From: Phycisphaerae bacterium
Lineage (GTDB): Bacteria > Planctomycetota > Phycisphaerae > UBA1845 > Fen-1342
Assembly (NCBI GenBank): GCA_046758265.1
Contig: JBHHZX010000001.1
Span: 1-37,529, forward strand
Direction: 5' to 3'
Length of the DNA stretch: 37,529 bases
Of this stretch, positions 35,254 through 37,529 are shown one piece after another. The notes under the pieces are model-generated. The model made no database searches, was not told the DNA's origin, and saw only the letters and a list, made by a program, of their open reading frames with translations. The number at the start of each line of letters is the position of its first letter. Position 1 is the first letter of the stretch. The translations under genes were made by a program, and so were the position numbers.

Positions 35254-35302
35254 ATGCCGCTCCACCTGACGGCCCGCTTCGCGGCCCGCAGGTGAGCGGC
35301 AT
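35254..35302 (+). promoter_or_regulatory. Long imperfect inverted repeat just upstream of the three-gene hicAB operon
   Basis: atgccgct-c-cacctg (35254-35268) pairs with caggtg-agcggcat (35289-35302): 14 bp with one bulge and a 20-nt spacer. It ends 12 nt before ATG 35315. No T-tract follows it. Confidence 0.5.
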
Positions 35303-35314
35303 ATCGTTCTGGGG

Positions 35315-35731
35315 ATGACCGTGATCCCGAAACCTGTACTGCAAGCTATCGTTCTGGCCGATCAGGTCTACACCGACCGGGATAGCGGCAAAAAGGTCAT
35401 CGCGGGGACGTTTAACCGCTTGTGGGCAACGGAGTTCCCGGCGCGGTTTAGTCGGCCGACCTGGGCGTTCATATGTCTTACGAATCTGCAGGGGCGCGTG
35501 GAGGTCAATCTCCGCTATATAGACCTTAGCAGCAGTGAAGTCTTGATGGAGACCAAGCCCATCCCTGTTCAAAGCGAGGACCGCCTGGCCAGCCTCGAAC
35601 TCATGGTTCAGGTGCCACCGTTTCCGATGCCCCACGAGGGCGTGTACGCCTTCGAGGTCCACGCAGCCGGTGAAATGCTCGGGTCAGTGCGACTCCAGGT
35701 GAACAAGCGCGAGACCGGAGATCAGTCATGA
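35315..35731 (+). CDS. Hypothetical all-beta protein (DUF6941-like pattern), first gene of the hicBA operon
   Basis: 138 aa. ..LQAIVLADQVYTDRDSGKKVIAGTFNRLWATEFPARF..TWAFICLTNLQGRVEVNLRYID..LELMVQVPPFPMPHEGVYAFEVHAAGEMLGSVRLQV.. The stop overlaps the hicB start (ATGA at 35728-35731). Confidence 0.6.
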   Translation: MTVIPKPVLQAIVLADQVYTDRDSGKKVIAGTFNRLWATEFPARFSRPTWAFICLTNLQGRVEVNLRYIDLSSSEVLMETKPIPVQSEDRLASLELMVQVPPFPMPHEGVYAFEVHAAGEMLGSVRLQVNKRETGDQS

Positions 35732-36117
35732 GCAACGTTAGGGTTCAGTCGTCGTCCGGAGCGGGGTTGTTCCTTGTGCGGCCAGAGGATCGCGACGACG
35801 TGCTCGTCGGGGAAGAGCCCGTCGACTCCCAAGCCGATAGAGAAGTGGTGCAGTGGTCGATGTATCAAGGTAACGTCTACGAAGTCGAGATTCGCGTTTG
35901 TCCTGAGGACGATGGGGGATTCTCAGTCTACGTGCCAACGCTACCCGGCGTCGTTAGCGAGGGTGAGACCGAAGAGGACGCGGAGAAGAACATCCGAGAG
36001 GCGCTTCTGGCTGTGATCGAGAGCTATCGCAAGGATCAAGAATCCATTCCCTGGGAAAGGGTCAGCGCCCCGCCCGAACCAGGTGAGATAGCCCGTTGGA
36101 TCGTCGTGCATGCCTGA
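35728..36117 (+). CDS. hicB: HicB-family antitoxin (UPF0150 fold) with an N-terminal extension and no obvious DNA-binding domain
   Basis: ..YEVEIRVCPEDDGGFSVYVPTLPGVVSEGETEEDAEKNIREALLAVIESY.. is the HicB N-domain pattern. About 45 aa precede it. The C-terminus ends shortly after the fold with no RHH/HTH-like segment. Confidence 0.8.
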   Translation: MSNVRVQSSSGAGLFLVRPEDRDDVLVGEEPVDSQADREVVQWSMYQGNVYEVEIRVCPEDDGGFSVYVPTLPGVVSEGETEEDAEKNIREALLAVIESYRKDQESIPWERVSAPPEPGEIARWIVVHA

Positions 36118-36340
36118 GCTACCAGTGGTCACGGGGCGTGAGGCCATCCGGGCCTTTGCCCGTGTAGGCTTCGAAGAGGTCCACGTCAAGGGTAGCCACC
36201 ACGTGCTTAAGAAGGCGGATCACCCGCATCGCTTGAGCGTTCCGGTCCATGGCAACAAGCCCTTGAAAAAAGGGACGCTGCGGTCCCTTATCCGCGTTGC
36301 GGGTATTACCGTCGAGGAATTCGTTTCGCTGCTGGAGTGA
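36110..36340 (+). CDS. hicA: HicA-family mRNA-interferase toxin
   Basis: MPELPVVTGREAIRAFARVGFEEVHVKGSHHVLKK..RLSVPVHGNKPLKKGTLRSLIRVAGITVEEFVSLL is a canonical YcfA/HicA sequence (GSH, HG..L..GTL). The start overlaps the hicB stop by 8 nt. Confidence 0.88.
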   Translation: MPELPVVTGREAIRAFARVGFEEVHVKGSHHVLKKADHPHRLSVPVHGNKPLKKGTLRSLIRVAGITVEEFVSLLE

Positions 36341-36423
36341 CCGGGACTCTCGGCGTCGGGAACCACGCCGGTCCGGACGGCGTCCAATCCTCTGCGACCA
36401 TACCGCCGCATGGAGGTGTGCGC

Positions 36424-37257
36424 ATGCTCCGATTGCCCCGCAGCCCCATTATCGTCTTGGGCCTCTTGGGCAGCCTGTCCTCGTGCACGGCGACCAGGCC
36501 GGTCCAGATAGAGCCGGAACGCTGGCTGACGTACCGCGATGCTGACCGACACTTCTGCATCCAGTATCCAGAGGATTGGGGGGTCGCGACTGCGGTGCGA
36601 CCGGTAAGGCACTATCGCTTGGTCTTCGTTTCGTTAAACAGCGCCGGCGTGGAAGGGCTCAGAATAACTGAGCTGCAGGTGACGCCGAACACGTGGAAGT
36701 ACGCCGCGGAGACGACGCTGCACCAGCTCCCGCCGGGCTGCGCCTACATGGACGCCGGCTGGTGGGAATTCCCGGGGCTCGAACGGTTCGGCCCCAACGT
36801 CAAAGAAATGACCGCCGACGACCTTGGAAGCGTGCTGCCAGACGCGGGCGTGCGTTTGTTCGGTGGCGACAAGCTGGCCTTCAAGGAGCTGAAGTTCAGC
36901 AAGTGGGGTCGGGCCTGGAGCATCTACGTTTACTTCCACGAACCGGTCAGCCCAAAGGATCGGCGGCGGATGCAACAGGTCCTGGAGAGCTTTCGGTTCG
37001 ACGCGATCCCCGTCGGCGACGAGATCTGGGCCATCGGCGAAGCACGCATGCATCTCCCACCTGAGGCCGACCCGGACGCCTACCGGAACCGCGGAGGAAA
37101 CATCTACCACCGCGTTAAGGCAAGGCGAGTCGGTGACGCCGTGCTCGTTACTTTCACCAAGTCCGATCCCGAGGCGGGCGTTCCTCCAACGACTTGGCGA
37201 TTCCGCGTTACCGCGCGCGGGCAGGTTATTCCCATCGAAACAGCCGCACAGAGATGA
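36424..37257 (+). CDS. Hypothetical lipoprotein
   Basis: ATG 36424 gives MLRLPRSPIIVLGLLGSLSSCTATRP (lipobox LSSC). I recognised no family. The coding-like composition continues to 37257. Confidence 0.6.
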   Translation: MLRLPRSPIIVLGLLGSLSSCTATRPVQIEPERWLTYRDADRHFCIQYPEDWGVATAVRPVRHYRLVFVSLNSAGVEGLRITELQVTPNTWKYAAETTLHQLPPGCAYMDAGWWEFPGLERFGPNVKEMTADDLGSVLPDAGVRLFGGDKLAFKELKFSKWGRAWSIYVYFHEPVSPKDRRRMQQVLESFRFDAIPVGDEIWAIGEARMHLPPEADPDAYRNRGGNIYHRVKARRVGDAVLVTFTKSDPEAGVPPTTWRFRVTARGQVIPIETAAQR

Positions 37258-37483
37258 CCCAGGCGAGCGTGGTCCCGCCACTGGAACACTGCGCCCTAGT
37301 AGAAGCAGACGCTGAGAAACGGACCGCCACGCTCTGTCTGAAACCTGCTACACCTTCCATTCGCTATTGCGACGAACGGAGTATGCTGACGAGTACCCTG
37401 CGCATTTCCCGCAGGAAGCGCCGGGTGCCATGCGCAAGCCGAAGGCGCGGGCATGTCGTGCGTTTGTTGAGATGCATGGCCGC

Positions 37484-37529
37484 GCTGCGCTTGGCCATGG
37501 CACCCGGCTGCGCTTGGCCATGGCACCCG
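37484..37529. repeat. Perfect 23-nt tandem direct repeat (2 copies) running into the window edge
   Basis: gctgcgcttggccatggcacccg occurs at 37484-37506 and again at 37507-37529. A related half-palindrome catggccgcg lies just upstream, and each unit contains the palindrome gccatggc. Confidence 0.8.

Noticed and set aside
36255-36275. cccttgaaaaaagggac inside hicA resembling the gttgaaaaaggggac arm of the REP-like element
   Set aside because: It encodes the conserved HicA ..KPLKKGTL.. motif in frame. The similarity is short and best explained by chance.
36634-37281. 215-aa minus-strand ORF antisense to the lipoprotein gene
   Set aside because: It has no signal or motifs and a shadow-frame composition. 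The plus-strand ORF has a lipobox and a more protein-like composition, although its function is also unknown.
37484-37529. Possible CRISPR array at the window end
   Set aside because: The two 23-nt units are directly adjacent with no spacer, and no cas genes are nearby. This is a tandem repeat, not a CRISPR array.

Overview
This is a high-GC bacterial chromosomal window. Several hallmarks point to Planctomycetota: a prepilin-type DUF1559 protein, PEP-CTERM and dockerin-like Ca-binding C-terminal tails, and short palindromic intergenic repeats that translate into pseudo-ORFs such as ..SEPVPFFNG.. and ..GASPLFQ... Layout: (1) 0-8.9 kb is mostly housekeeping. It holds a Memo+AMMECR1 fusion, a PiT phosphate transporter with its DUF47/PhoU-like partner, a DUF2265-type aminopeptidase, tRNA-Val, a double-FHA coiled-coil protein and tmRNA. 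(2) 8.9-11.6 kb has little recognisable coding sequence, then small genes: an RRM RNA-binding protein, a HesB-like protein, a DUF6197-like protein and a tiny basic protein. (3) 11.7-14.2 kb is a sulfatase-fold/TPR fusion. (4) 14.3-25.1 kb is the most interesting part. Two inverted copies of a ~95-115 nt palindromic repeat bracket a cluster of secreted or surface proteins: two paralogues with swapped PEP-CTERM and dockerin tails, a dockerin-tagged HEXXH protein, a DUF1559 pseudopilin, and a pair of DUF4350-like/HEXXH paralogues of which one has lost the metal motif. Just outside the second repeat lie a PIG-L deacetylase and the degenerate paralogue. (5) 25.2-30.7 kb is a LacI regulator, an MDR dehydrogenase and a sugar ABC importer without an ATPase gene. 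An AAACGTT-centred motif recurs in the promoter regions of this cluster and of the surface cluster. (6) 30.7-31.7 kb is a 5'-truncated tyrosine integrase with an in-frame stop, abutting tRNA-Ala and tRNA-Phe. (7) 31.9-37.5 kb holds tatC with a large loop insertion, an orphan terminase large subunit carrying an in-frame repeat-derived insertion, a small membrane protein, a three-gene operon (DUF6941-like gene, hicB, hicA), a lipoprotein, and a tandem repeat cut by the window edge. I saw no CRISPR array and no rRNA. All calls come from reading the translations and DNA by eye. No database search was run.
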